The notes under the pieces were generated by a model. The model was not told the origin of the DNA. It was given only the letters and a program-made list of their open reading frames with translations, and did not search any database. The translations under genes and the position numbers were made by a program. A stretch of DNA of 63,936 nt, filler included, from Reclinomonas americana ATCC 50394 (lineage: Eukaryota), in the NCBI GenBank assembly GCA_048213135.1. It is 6 parts of 2 records of this genome, joined end to end, with 100 filler letters (N's around TTAATTAATTAA, not from the genome) between each part and the next. Parts side by side here need not be neighbours in the genome. Positions count along the whole stretch, not along the records: positions 27,787 to 50,385 come from PS015339.1; positions 50,486 to 57,899 come from PS015339.1; 4 more parts are not named here. One strand, 5' to 3'. Positions 41,301 through 54,244 of this stretch are shown in pieces (the first letter of the stretch is position 1; each line of letters opens with the position of its first letter).

Positions 41301-43494
41301 CACAAGTGGCCATACTCACCGTCGCCATGAATTCACCAGACTTCCTCGTCGGTACCTGGCACACCTTCTCCACAGAGGCACGTGTTGATCGTGTGCACAC
41401 ACGCACAACAATGGTGTGAGCACTCACCTGCTGTGGAATGCAGGATATCGTCCTGGTACTCAAGGCGGCGACTGTGACCGCGTTCCGACGATGCGGAGGT
41501 GACCGGTCGTGGCTACAACGTAACTGGCTGCACGACGAGGAGAACACTGTTGCGACTCGTATAGACGCATGTCACGTTGGCCTCACAGTGGCAGCTGATT
41601 CGCCTAGTGCAGTTGACACAAGCTCTCTCGTTCCTCCCCTTCCTCAATGCGTGGACAGCGGAGCGTCTTGGTCAGTTCTCCATGGCGGAACTGCGTGCCC
41701 TTGCTGCCTCGGGAGCTGAGCAGCAGCAGCGACAGTGCCCCTCGGTGCCCGTCGCCATCTGGGTGAGTGGTTGAGTGCGTAGCATGTCGAGATACTGTTG
41801 TCTGTGCGACTCACACACAGCGGAAAAAATAAACAGCCTCAGCTGGCAGCACTGCTCCCGAAGGGACACGCTCCGGAGTCCAGGCGACAGGCTCCGCCAG
41901 CACCGCAACCCCCGGTGCACGCCAGGCCACCACGCGCACGCTCACCATCCCCCGCGTCTGCGCCACTGTCGTCGGCGGTCTGCAAGCAAAGTTGTCATCT
42001 GTAGAATGCAGAACTGCCACTGACAGCACTGTTTTCTACGCAGCAGACGCCGCCCTCCAGTCAGCTGCCGACTGGGCGTCGAGTCTTCCTCTCGGATGAG
42101 TTGGCGCCGTGGAAGGAACGCCGACTTGCTATTGCTCCCACTGTTGCGTGGCACAGGCATCTACATCAAGTGACACGGTGCGCTCACTCACCAACAATCG
42201 CCGCAGTCGGACAGTTCCGGCCAGTCGCGCCTCACCTGGTCGGAGCCGAAACTCTCCGGCAGCCTCGCCTCACCAGCGCCACCGCCGCAACTGCAGCGCA
42301 ACTCCAGCGCATACGGTCTGTCTCTCGACGACGCCGACGACGACAGCAGTGGAGTGGAGCCGGCCGCCAATCATCACGATTCAATTCTCCGCCGGTTCCG
42401 CCCGCCACCACCGCTACCACAAGCTCGTACAACTGCACATGGAGCTCCGTGGAGCATCAACCATGCAGTCAACGATCTCGTCGGTGGCACCCGTCGGGTG
42501 TCTGCCCGCCAGCAGCCATTCCCCTGGCTCACTGGCGATCACGGCACGGACATGGTTCGGGGGCAACTGGAGGAGGAGGAGGAGGTTCGTTTCTCACCGT
42601 CCCCCAATGTTGCACTCTCAGTCGCTGAAACCTCTGTCGTTCACCACAGCAGCACCCACCAGCCTGGCAGGAGGAACAAGATGACCGCCGAGGCGAGTGA
42701 GATCCATCACGATATGCCGTTGCTGCCTGAGTGTGCCAACCGTGCATGCACATAGGTGCAGATCATCAACACCACACTCACACGGCGGCGCGTCACCACG
42801 CTGATGATGACGACGACGGCTACAGCGTTGATGCGCGGCTGAGCTCACCGCCCTACTGGAGGTAACTGCATCCACACGAACCCCACAGCCACATATGTCC
42901 ATCTAATCATCTTTCGACTGCACAGGTCGGCCGAGAGCAGCAGCAGCAGTGGAAACTCTCGGAGCGGTCGTTGCGTTGCTCGTCAAGCACACTTCCACAG
43001 CACTCTCGCCTCACCATGTCTCCGCCATACAGAGAAGCGACTGCGCAGTCGCGGCTCCGTCATTGATCTCGACCAGGGTTGGATGCCGAAGCGCCCCACT
43101 GGATCGCGCCTCCTCACTCCACCATCGCTGCCGTCAGCTCCCTCCTCACGCCAGTCCTTGTCGCGTGAGCGCGGACCACGGATCACCGTTCCTCCGCATC
43201 CCTCTCGACAACAGTACATGCCGGCGCCGATGCCCTTCGCCTCGTCACCCAGCAGCGTCACCAGTCCACGGCGCTCGTTCCTCCAGCGCGGTCGACCAAC
43301 ATTGGACTCCCATCGGCCGCTGTTGCGGACACTCTCTACGCACACTCACTCACCGCGCATGCATCACTTACCACGCGCTCTACAGATCACGCATGTCTGT
43401 GGGCGACTTTGCGAACTACGTGCAGCAGTTCCACTCCCCCAACCGCCACGGAGCAGGAAGCAGCACACCGACGCGACGCAACGGCGGCCGATGA
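35302..43494 (+). CDS. SHOC1: SHOC1/Zip2-like meiotic XPF-domain protein (many exons; model approximate)
   Basis: N-terminus MRLRPVVHVDYF resembles plant MRTRFLxIDYF. XPF-like segment LRVLCTERIL...FCVLERS...DVLLDGTTAVLI, then DRSWLQRNWL...LSFLPFLNAWTAERL...CPSVP resembling the SHOC1 HhH region. Low-complexity tail. Confidence 0.72.
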
Positions 43495-43614
43495 AAATGC
43501 ATGCACACACACACACACGAGTACCCAATACAAGCTCATCACTTCATGAGTGCCTCTTGGTGGAGTGGGGGGAAAAACAAGACGTGAGATCCGAGACAGC
43601 ACAAGCGTGCGTTT

Positions 43615-45862
43615 CTAATCCTTCGGACCGAGCATCTGAGCGATCCGCGATGGTGAGTCACCGTCGCACACACGTACAAAGAGAGGGAGGAAAAAACAGA
43701 CAAACCTTCTCCGGGCGCACCCACTCGTCGAACTGCGCCTCCGTGAGGTAGCCGAGTGCAATAGCCGACTGCTTCAGCGTCGTGCCCTCCTTGTGGGCCT
43801 TCTTCGCCACCGCGGCAGCCTCTGTTCTCGCACACACACGCATTAGCATCGCCACAACCACCTCCAAAACAAACTCAGACTCCCCGCAACTGTCGTAGCC
43901 AATCTTGGTGTTCAGCGCAGTGACGAGCATGAGGCTGTCATTCAGCAACTGCTTGATGCGCGGCTCGTTGGCGGTGATGCCGTCAACGCAGTGCTCGGTG
44001 AACGAACGGCACGAGTCGGCCAGCAGACGAATGCTCTGCAGCACGTTCGACGCAATCACCGGCTTGAACACGTTCAGCTCAAAGTGCCCGTTGCTGCCGC
44101 CAATCGACACCGCCATGTGGTTGCCCATGACTTGCGCGCACACCATGGTCATCGACTCGCATTGCGTCGGGTTCACCTTGCCCGGCATGATGGAGGAGCC
44201 CGGCTCGTTCTCCGGCAGGCTCAGCTCGCCCAGACCGCAGCGGGGACCAGAGCCTGAAGAGGTACGTCAGTGAGTTGCAGCCGGAGCTGAGGAAGCCAGA
44301 GAGAAAAATACCAACCGAGGAAGCGAATGTCATTGGCGATCTTCATCAGCGACACGGCCAGCGTATTCAGTGAGCCGCTGAGCTGCACCATGGCGTCGTG
44401 TGCCGCCAGCGCCTCAAACTTGTTGGGCGCCGGGAAGAATGGCACACCAGTCATGGCGCTGATGCGCAGAGCCGCCTTCTCGGCAAAGCCCTTCTTCGTG
44501 TTCAGACCCTGTGCACCGCAAGTGTGAGATAACACAGTGTCGACCGCGGAGAGAGAGACACTTCAGCTCAAACCGTTCCGACAGCAGTGCCACCGAGTGC
44601 GAGCTCCTGCACAAACGGCAAGGCGGCCTCGATGCGCGCAATGCCGTTGGTCAGCTGCTGGACGTAGCCGGAGAACTCCTGGCCGAGAGTGAGTGGCACG
44701 GCGTCCTGCAAGTGAGTGCGGCCAATCTTGATAATGTTCTTGAACTGCTCTTGCTTGCTCGCCAGCGCGTCGCGCAGCATGCGCAGCGACGGCAGCAGAC
44801 GATCGTACGACTCGCAAGCCGTGGCAATGTGCATGGCCGTGGGGAACCTGAGCGACAACGAATTGCAAGTGAGCACCGCTGCTGTCCATGCATGGTCACC
44901 AACGGCAAAACGCAACGTGTCGTTGGACGACTGGCCGTGGTTCACGTGATCGTTCGGATGCACGGGCGTCTTGCTGCCCATGCGACCACCGAGCATCTCA
45001 ATGGCGCGGTTCGACAGCACCTCGTTGATGTTCATGTTGCTCTGCGTGCCACTGCCCGTCTGCCAGATCACCAGCGGGAAGTGATCCAGGCCAATCTTGC
45101 CGGAGATGACCTCGTCGGCCGCCTCCTGGATCTTTTGCGCCACCTACCAAATCACAACAACAACGAAGATGTCGTCACACTCGCTGACGATCGACGGTCA
45201 CACAATCGCTTGCATGCGGTACCTTTCCGTCAATGAGTCCCATCTCGGCGTTGGCGTGCGCAGCGGCGCTCTTGAGGATCGCAAACGCCTTGATGATCGG
45301 CGCCGGCATGCGCTCCCGATCGCCACCAATGTCAAAGTTGGAGAGCGAGCTGCGTGTGTGTGTGTGCGGGTATGAGACCTTGAGCGACGGACGATGCTGC
45401 AAGAACAATGATCGACTCACCGTGCCGTCTGAGCACCGTAGTACTTGTCGACTGGCACTTGCATCTCTCCCATCGTATCGGTCTCCACACGAGTGGCCTG
45501 AGCACGATCCAAATCGTGAGGGAACGAGATGGGAGAGAGAAGCAGGCACACAAGGACGCACCACCGCAGCAAAGCGACGCACACCCGGTGCCGCCACACC
45601 TCCATACACTCGCCTCGTCTGCACAAAAGTGTGAGTGCGACATGTGCATCAGCGACGGCCACTCTCTCACACGCACACACAACGCACAAACACGCACATG
45701 TACACGCATACATGCACTCTGTCACACACAACGCACAGGCGCATACACACGGAGAGAGATGCGGACGGAGATTTGCATCAGATGCATGCTGTCTCTCTCT
45801 CTCTCTCCGCCTCTCTTCCTCTCTCACACGCAATGAACACATGCACTCACCAGCGTCAGCAT
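43615..45862 (-). CDS. FH: Fumarate hydratase class II, mitochondrial
   Basis: Splices cleanly at GT-AG sites: MLTL|TRRVYGG...|[10 protein letters not shown]...[52 protein letters not shown], ...WVRPEK|MLGPKD*. Confidence 0.98.
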
Positions 45863-45946
45863 TCTCGCCGGAGTGCGTGAGAAAACAACAAACAAAAGTC
45901 CGCACACACCCGATGAACGGATTTCTGTCCCCTCTCTCACACAATC

Positions 45947-47560
45947 ATGCGAGCGCTTCTGGGCACCGCCAACCTCACCCGTCGCCTGTACGCGACCTAT
46001 GCCAGCACCTTCAGCGGCACCGAAGTCTACTGCCTCGCGCAACGCGGTCTCTTCCCCGGTCCAATGGTCATTGGCAACTCGGTGTCGTCGCTTGGCGTCA
46101 ATCGCGGTGTCATGAGCCTGCTGGCCAGTGTCTCTGGTGGCGAGAACGAGCAGCTTACACAGTTGCGTTTACAAAGGAGAAAGAGAGAGAGAGAGAGAGA
46201 CGAAGAGATGCGAATGCAAGACAAGTGACGAGAGTGAGGTTGAGGAGAGCTGCACGATATCTTTGTTTGGGATGGTGTGGACTGCCTTGTGTTGCCACTC
46301 TCCGCGATCTCCACGTGTCTCTATCTTGACTGCATTGATCGCGTCTATTTATACACACGATTTCATGCAGATTGTTTTCCGAGGCGCGACACAAGGCACT
46401 GGAGCGCATGATGCAAGAGGCCTCGCGTCTGCACTCACAGGATCCGGCGATTGTGGGCGTCACGGGCGTCACCACGCAGATCATTCACCATGCGGCAAAC
46501 ATTGAGTTCTTGTCGGTGGGATCGACGGTGCGGTCGAACAGCACGCCTACGGTGGGAGCGCCGCCGCTCTTTGCCAGTGCGTGCAGCGGGCAGGAGTTCT
46601 ACTGCCTCACGGATATGGAGTTCAAGCCGCTGTCGATTGTGTTTGGCAACGCTGCGGTGTCGCGTGGAGTCGGAGGTGCGCTGTCGGGCGTGATGCGCTC
46701 GTTGTCGAGTCCGGGCGAGGTGCCGCAGTTCTCCGAAGGCATGTCTCGCACGCAAGGGAGTGGATGCACGCATTTTCTGATGTTGTGCGTGCAGTGTACA
46801 ATCACAGTCGGCATTTGGCGCTGGAGCGACTGGAGGCCGAGGCTCGTGCCGCCGGCGCCAGCGCCGTCATGGGGGTTAATGTGCGAATGGCCGACTGGGG
46901 ACTGACGCAGGAGCTGGCGCTTCTCGGCACAGCATGCTCGCATCCGTCGCTGAAGCCACCGCGCGCCGGCGATGTGATTACGAGCTCGTTGACGGCGGCC
47001 GAGACGTGGAACATGGCCAAGGTTTGTGCGACGGGCACATGATTCCCATGCATCACTCTCATCACCCTCATCATCACTCTCCTTCTGTTGCGCAGATTGG
47101 ATACGCTCCCATGCGACTGGTATGTGCTCCCGTGCTGTGATTCAATGCGTTCTCCTCGCTCTTCTCATCTCCGCGCACATAGGTGATGGGTGTGTCGATT
47201 GTGTCGGTGGGCCTGGGTGGTGCTCTGCGCGCGATTCTGCGTGAGATTGCCGGCGGCGAGGTGTCGCAAATGACGGAGCTGATTTACACGGCGCGCACCA
47301 ACGCCCTCAATCGCATGCGCCACGAGGCCGAGTTGATTGGAGCCGACGATGTGCTGGGTGTGCGCATGCACGTCAAGGAGCTGGGAACGGAGGGTCTGGT
47401 GGAGGTGTTTGCCATTGGCACTGCGGTGCGCCACAACTCCGCCATCCGGTGCAAGAGCGAGCAGCTGCTGCCGCAGGCGCTGTTCAGCGATCGCCCCGAG
47501 TTTTCGCACGCATTCTCCTCGGAGCGCTCCCCGCTGAACCAGCACAGCCAGGGCGAGTAA
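45947..47560 (+). CDS. Triple YbjQ/UPF0145 (putative heavy-metal-binding) domain protein with a presequence-like N-terminus
   Basis: Three units of the type G.SV.S.G...GGE....E....R..AL.R...EA...GA..V.GV...E....GTA. Includes a 24-nt micro-exon (IGYAPMRL, 47096-47119). Confidence 0.85.
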
Positions 47561-47715
47561 CGCACGAGAGCAGGCCAGCACAACCGCTGCTGCCGCCGCC
47601 ACGGTGAGGTGTGGGACGCGCTGCTATTATATTTTGTCGCGTCCTCTCCTTGCCTTCCACCGCCCACCTCGGGCCATCTTCCACACGACTCGCACGGAAA
47701 CCAGTGATGCCGATT

Positions 47716-49334
47716 TTAATCTTCGTTGGTAAAGAGCACCGTATCTGCACTCTTCTTTGGCAGGTAATTGAGCGTGACGTCTGTGGCCGGCACATAGGTC
47801 GAATCCCAGTCCCATTCCATGGGGAAGGACTCGCCGGTTGATTTGAACGAGGTCGCCTGTCGTGGAATTGAGGAAAGGGAGGAGGAGGAGGAAGAGAAAG
47901 ACGCAATGAGCTGCTGCTGATTGCACTCACCCAAATGGAGTGGTTGCGCGAGTTCGGAATCTGTGAGGCGCATGAGTGTGCAAGGAAACGAGAGGAGTGA
48001 CAGAGACGGCGTCCAATAGGCACCTGCAACTGCGCCGGTTGCGGGTAGAACCACGTGCTGTTCCACTGTGGAAGATGGATCACACATACCGCGGGTGAGC
48101 AGGCAGCACATCTTTCTTCAGAGGACGCACGCAAACGCACCTTCCCGTTGTACTCGGCGGCGCCGGTGAACGACCACGATCCGTCGTCCAATCGCACCTC
48201 CACCCAGTCGTGGTTGCCGCACGAGTCGGGATCGGTCTTGCAGGTCGGGTCACCGCGGTTCCAGTGTGGTGTGCCGGTCACGCGGGCGGGTATGCCCACT
48301 GATCGGCATGCATCGACGAGGAAGATCGACAGGCCTACGAGCGATGCACAGAAGAATGAAGAGAGGTAAGAAGAAGAGGAAGAAGAATATAGAAGAAGAA
48401 TAGGAAAAAGGAGTGAGAGGGCAAGAAGAAAAAGGAGGAGGAGGAGGAGGAGAAGAAGAAGAAGAAGCAGAAGAAGGAGAAGGAGAACAAGAAGAAGAAG
48501 GTAAGAAGGAGGATGAGGAGCAGGAGGAGGAGAATGAGGAGGAGTGGGAAAAAGAGGAAAGAAAGAGCAAGAAGCGACACTGAACGTCCGTGACATTGTA
48601 GCTCACCAGTGCACGATCCCACATGAGCCGCCAACACTGTGCCATTATCAAAGTCAGTGCTGTGAGGCGCAAAAGGGTGGCGGGGAAGTGCGAGAGACCT
48701 TGGAAGGGGCTCAAGATCTTCGGTGTCTGGTCGGCCAAGAACGTAATGTTCCAGATGCTCCAGATGTGCTCATTGAGCAGCAGAGCGGCTTCGGAGACAC
48801 TCGCTGCCGAGGCCACCACAGCAGCCTGCATGCTCCACACTGCTCAGTGACAGGCACGCACGACAGACACACGGAGAGAGAGAGAAAGCAACAAGCTCAC
48901 AGTCTTCTCGTGCATAACCGGGCGCCAGCGATCGCGATTCTCCTGTGAGACGAAGTGAGCACAAGAGAGCAGGTGCAAGCTCACCACAGCACGCAACACG
49001 CAACATCCAGGTTGGCATAGGGCAACACGTGATTGAGGAACTCATCCCACGGAACATTCATCGCCCATTCGTGTGCATGCCGCGCCTGCGAAATACACAC
49101 TTAAGAGTGACTCTCTGTTGCCCTATACATGTGCTGGCCACCTCAGCGCACCTCCAACGCCAAGTGCACATTCTCCTCCAGGAACTCACGCGGCAGCTGT
49201 CCCACATCGCGCGGAGGCATGTTCTCGTGCAGGAAGCGCATGGCCTCGTCGAACTCGCTGGCTTTGTAGGACAGCGAGAGTGCACATGGAGACAGGCAGA
49301 GAAGCAGCACGACCAAGGCGATGCTCCCGCGCAT
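47716..49334 (-). CDS. Secreted transglutaminase-like (Cys-His) protein
   Basis: Signal peptide MRGSIALVVLLLCLSPCALS; FLHENMPPRD, FLNHVLPYANLD|ENRDRWR, GSCT|GLSIFLVDACRSVGIPARVTGTP, GNHDWVEV, WSFTGAAE. Confidence 0.88.
48345..48575. repeat. Purine-rich (GAA/GGA)n intronic tract
   Basis: Low-complexity run inside an intron of the transglutaminase-like gene. Confidence 0.85.
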
Positions 49335-50385
49335 TAATATTCTTGTATCGANNNNNNNNNNNNNNNNNNNNNNNNNNNNNNNNNNNNNNNNNNNNNNNNN
49401 NNNNNNNNNNNNNNNNNNNNNNNNNNNNNNNNNNNNNNNNNNNNNNNNNNNNNNNNNNNNNNNNNNNNNNNNNNNNNNNNNNNNNNNNNNNNNNNNNNNN
49501 NNNNNNNNNNNNNNNNNNNNNNNNNNNNNNNNNNNNNNNNNNNNNNNNNNNNNNNNNNNNNNNNNNNNNNNNNNNNNNNNNNNNNNNNNNNNNNNNNNNN
49601 NNNNNNNNNNNNNNNNNNNNNNNNNNNNNNNNNNNNNNNNNNNNNNNNNNNNNNNNNNNNNNNNNNNNNNNNNNNNNNNNNNNNNNNNNNNNNNNNNNNN
49701 NNNNNNNNNNNNNNNNNNNNNNNNNNNNNNNNNNNNNNNNNNNNNNNNNNNNNNNNNNNNNNNNNNNNNNNNNNNNNNNNNNNNNNNNNNNNNNNNNNNN
49801 NNNNNNNNNNNNNNNNNNNNNNNNNNNNNNNNNNNNNNNNNNNNNNNNNNNNNNNNNNNNNNNNNNNNNNNNNNNNNNNNNNNNNNNNNNNNNNNNNNNN
49901 NNNNNNNNNNNNNNNNNNNNNNNNNNNNNNNNNNNNNNNNNNNNNNNNNNNNNNNNNNNNNNNNNNNNNNNNNNGTGTGCGTGGAAGAGGAGTGAGTAAC
50001 GGGTGACGAGATGGGCGCGCGATGAGAGATGTGACACTTGACATCGATCCTTCCCGCGCACACACACCTGAACTCCCGCGGGCCATGGTCCTCGCCGACA
50101 ATGGCGGCAACAAGCCCTGCAGCTCCTCTGCAAAGCGCGACAAGGACGAAGCCCCTCGGGCGCTCATCACTGCCCCATCGTGCCCTTCCGAACTTCTTCG
50201 CGGAAACTCCGTGTTCGACGAGAACAGGTGTGGAACGCCGCTCATAACACTAGCAGCAGCAGCACGCACACACACTCTTATACACGCACACACACGCTCA
50301 CCGCACTCGTGGGCTTTCAGCCAAAACACAAAGATGACACTTCTCGCCGGAAACCGCAATTGGGCGTAACGTTCACATGACATAC

Positions 50386-50485
50386 NNNNNNNNNNNNNNN
50401 NNNNNNNNNNNNNNNNNNNNNNNNNNNNNTTAATTAATTAANNNNNNNNNNNNNNNNNNNNNNNNNNNNNNNNNNNNNNNNNNNN
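50386..50485. other. Artificial scaffold linker
   Basis: N44-TTAATTAATTAA-N44. Confidence 0.97.
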
Positions 50486-50536
50486 GCACACGCGCGCGCT
50501 CTCTCAGTGAAGTGTCTGGTTCCTCCTGTGCCTCCC

Positions 50537-53500
50537 ATGTCGGGTTTCAGTGGACGCCTGGATGGCGAAGGACGGCTGTCGTCGTTTGTGGCTGACTTTC
50601 CCAAGGTGCGTCTCCACACGCACCCCCAAAAGCCAGCGATTCCACTCCTCACACGTGCAGCAGGGTATCCGCTCGGTGTTCTACGAGCCTCAACTGCGCG
50701 GGGGTTCAGTGCCACTGGTGCCCTCCGATCCGACGGCGCTGAGCGACGATCCGCGGCCGAGTGGAACGCACCAAGACACTCGGGCGAGTTCACAGGGTGG
50801 CGGCACAGTGTGGGTGCTGGGCGATGACGGGTGTGTGCGGACGCTGCTGGAGCGTGCAGATGGGTTGCTGGAGAAGGTAAGCACCCTGTGGAGGGAAGAG
50901 AGAGAGCTTGTGAGTGAGTGAGCTCATGCGCTGATCAGGGTCGTGATGTGTGCGTGACGGATGGGACCACGCCACCGCGATTCACCATCTCGGTCCTGTT
51001 TGTGTCGTCGCGAGTGACCGAGGACGTGGTATGGCTGGGCATTCGCAACGGCGCCGTCATTGCGCACCCGAAAGAGGTACGGCGCGGACGCACGGGTCGT
51101 GACGAGCAGGGCCTCGCTGACATGTTGCGCAGAATGTGTTTGACCCCTGCATTGCTTCGAGTGGTCGACGTGGAGCACACGGTGCAGTAGTGAATGCGTT
51201 TGCCGAGGACGATGACGCCGTGTACTCGTGCGGCGACGACGGCACTGTGCGCAAGTGGATGAGAGCAGGAGGAGTTGCGTGGGTGGCGGCAACAGTGAAA
51301 GGAAGTGAAGAATGGTGTGCTCACCTTCGAAGCAGGCAAGTGCGGAGACATGGATTGCGCACGGCTTTGTCAGTCCCGTGCGCTGCATGCTCATGTGTGA
51401 CAAGTCGTTGTGGTGTGGTGCTGCCGACGGCACACTGCATGTCTTGTCGGCCGAGGTGAATATCACCGTCGATTGAGCACATCACTGTGTTGTCTCTATC
51501 CCTCACACAGTGATTGTGCAGACGGGTGAGGTGCTGCAGAGTCTGGCCGGCCACTCTGGCAGCATTTTTGCACTGGCACAGACGTCGTACTTTGGTGTGG
51601 CGGCTGCCGAGCCTCAATCGGTGGTGTGGTCGGGTGGAGAGCGTGGCGAGATTCTTGTGTGGTCCACAGAGGTGAGCGCGCTGCTGAGACGAACCGTGCA
51701 TGATACCACGCAGTAGTAACACGTGTGCGCACAGACGCTAGAGTTGATGGAGAAGAAAGCCGGCGAGCCGCACCAGGGCGCGATTCGCGCATTCCTCGTG
51801 AGCCAGAGTGCGGTCTCAAATGCGTTGGAGCCCGAGAGCATCACCAGTGCCGACGATCGGTCGTGCATCGTACGATGGAATCCATCGGTGTGTATCCTGC
51901 CACGGTCGACACTGCGACATGCTCGCTGACTTTTCTTCCACAGTTGATGGAGCCGACTGAGATGGCGTTCCAGTTGTTCGGCAATCGCTCCGGAGTGTCG
52001 TGCATGTGTGCCTCGCGGTGTCGCGTGTTCTACGGTGGACCTGCGCCGTCGCTGTTTGCCAAGATCACACCGGTGGGAGATTTGAAAGCAAATCACCTGA
52101 CCGCTTCGCACATTCCACTCATTGCATGTTGGCAGGAGGGTGTTCACACGCTGGTGGGACGCGTGATGGAACTGACACGCATGACTGCATTCCAAGAGAC
52201 CGAGATCGACACCTTCAAGCACATGATGGGCGAGTCGTTGACGGTGAGCTCGTCAGCGCGCAATCCTACCTGTGTGGTAAATGACTCACGCCTCGTGTAC
52301 CAGGTCCCCCACTTGCAGACTCGCATCACTGGTGGGGAGACTTTGTGTGTCTGACAGACACTGAAACCAATGTGCTCACTGCCATTCTCCAATCGCAGAC
52401 GGTGCGCAACCGGGACTCGCTTGGATGCCGTCGCCACAAATGACTCCACGCTCGTTCACTCTCGACACTCCGCGCACTCTCGGCTTGCTCCCTGGTTTCG
52501 CCATGGACCCACTGTGCACCCCGCGCACCATGGCTGCCACTCTCGCGGCCATGTCCACCAACACCTCTGCGCCTCCGTCGGCACCGCAGAGTGCACGCGG
52601 ACCTACGCCAATGATGATTCCCGATGAATGGTACAGTCATGACACAAGTTGAGTTATCGACTCATTACTGTCACTCACCGCCTTGGTGTGCGCGCACAGG
52701 AAACGCGACAAGGAGATTCACGACTTGCTGGACCGAGTGGTGCGCTTACAGCAGAGTTGTGATACCGATGGATTGTGCGCGTTGTGTCACTGACGTAGGA
52801 ATGCAGATTACGGAGCGCGGTGAGATCGACGAAGGGCAAGTCATGTTTGCGGTGGAGGCTCATCAGACAGCCCGTCGGCTGGGACGCACGCTCACCGAGT
52901 CCGACGACGACATGATGCGCAAAGTAATGCAGGCCATGGATGTGGCGCGCTTGGCCGACGGTATCCCATATGTCATGAAACTCGTGCAGGATGTCACCAA
53001 CAGGTGAGATCTAAAAGGAAAAGAGTCTCGAGCATACTCACCAATCGCGTGCACAGAATATGGACTGCATCGGATGATCTTCGGCGGTACCTGATGGGTC
53101 CGGATTACTTTCAGCCGGCTGTGGGTGTGCCGACAGATTTTGCCCATTCGTGGGAGGGTTTCTTGGTCGGCACGGGATCGCTGGATGCGGTGAGTGCGAT
53201 GCACACTGTCACCAAGGAAACCGATCAAACTCACTCGCGAACCACATGCAGCCCGGAGAGGAGCGCTTTGCCGACATGGTCACTCCCACACCGTTTGCCA
53301 TGCTGATGCGCGAGGCGGTCGCACGTCAGCGAGCAGAGCAGGAGGCACTGGCAGGTGAGTGTATGTCCAGTATCATCGTAGCCTCCGGCCTCTCTGCTCA
53401 TTCACACCCGCCACAGACAACCCAGCGTCGGGAGAGCGCTCGCGTGCCAGCCCGTCGTCTCCACCGCGACTGCAAGCCGTGTCGCGTGGTGGTGAAAAAG

Positions 53501-54165
53501 CCACGCTGCAGGGAGCACTGCAGCGATTGCGCGCACTGTTGTGGGAAATCAAACCGGCGCACTTGCAGCAGACGGCGGAGAGTGGTGACGGTGGACTGCC
53601 TCCACCGCCAGCCTCTCGATCGGGACAGCGATGGACGGCCACGCAGCGCTTCCTCGAACAGATTGTGCTCTTCCGCCAGCGCATCGTGTATCGCATGTGT
53701 CGCCTGCTGCGCCGATCGTACCCGACACTGGATCACGCGCTGGCTCGTCTGCACAACGAGGCCCAGAAGCTGGCCAATGACATGCAGGCGTATGCCACAC
53801 GACTCGGCTACCCGGTGCAGAACCGACTGACCACCGATCAGCAACTGTCGCTCGATCTGCACGTGGTGCTCGACATGTCGACGATGGCGTGGAACCAGAT
53901 GAACCTGCGCACCAAGCTCGAGTCCACCATGCTGGAGCAGCTGTTCGAGACGTTCTCGTTGCACGTGCAGCTGGCCGAGCAGCGCCTGCGGTCCGCCGCC
54001 GTGGCCGGCGTCACGGGAGCGTCGCGAGTGGAGGGCATCGAGGCCGTACCCAGTGTGTGGCGCGGCGCACTGGCCACCGAGGTCGACAGCCCCACCGGCA
54101 GTACCGCCGGTGGACGGAGAAGGTCGACGCCAGTGGCCACGGCAGTGCCAGGCCCGAGAAAGTGA
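50537..54165 (+). CDS. Multi-exon divergent WD40/beta-propeller protein with a helical C-terminal region
   Basis: AVYSCGDDGTVRKW, LWCGAADGTLHV, QSLAGHSGSIFAL, VWSGGERGEILVWS, TSADDRSCIVRWN; about a dozen GT-AG introns. Confidence 0.75.
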
Positions 54166-54244
54166 ACGTCGGTGACTTCCTTGCTGTGCGAAGTCGTCCT
54201 TCCGATCATCCTCGTCCTTCATTTCGAGTCAGCGACGAAGAGCG

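Noticed and set aside
43615..45862. Non-standard genetic code or non-canonical splicing as the cause of fragmented ORFs
   Set aside because: Fumarase and the ValRS junctions I checked reassemble with ordinary GT-AG introns and standard stops.
49974..50385. Possible first exon MSGVPHLFSS... on the minus strand
   Set aside because: Flanked by gaps with no recognisable homology, so I cannot support it.
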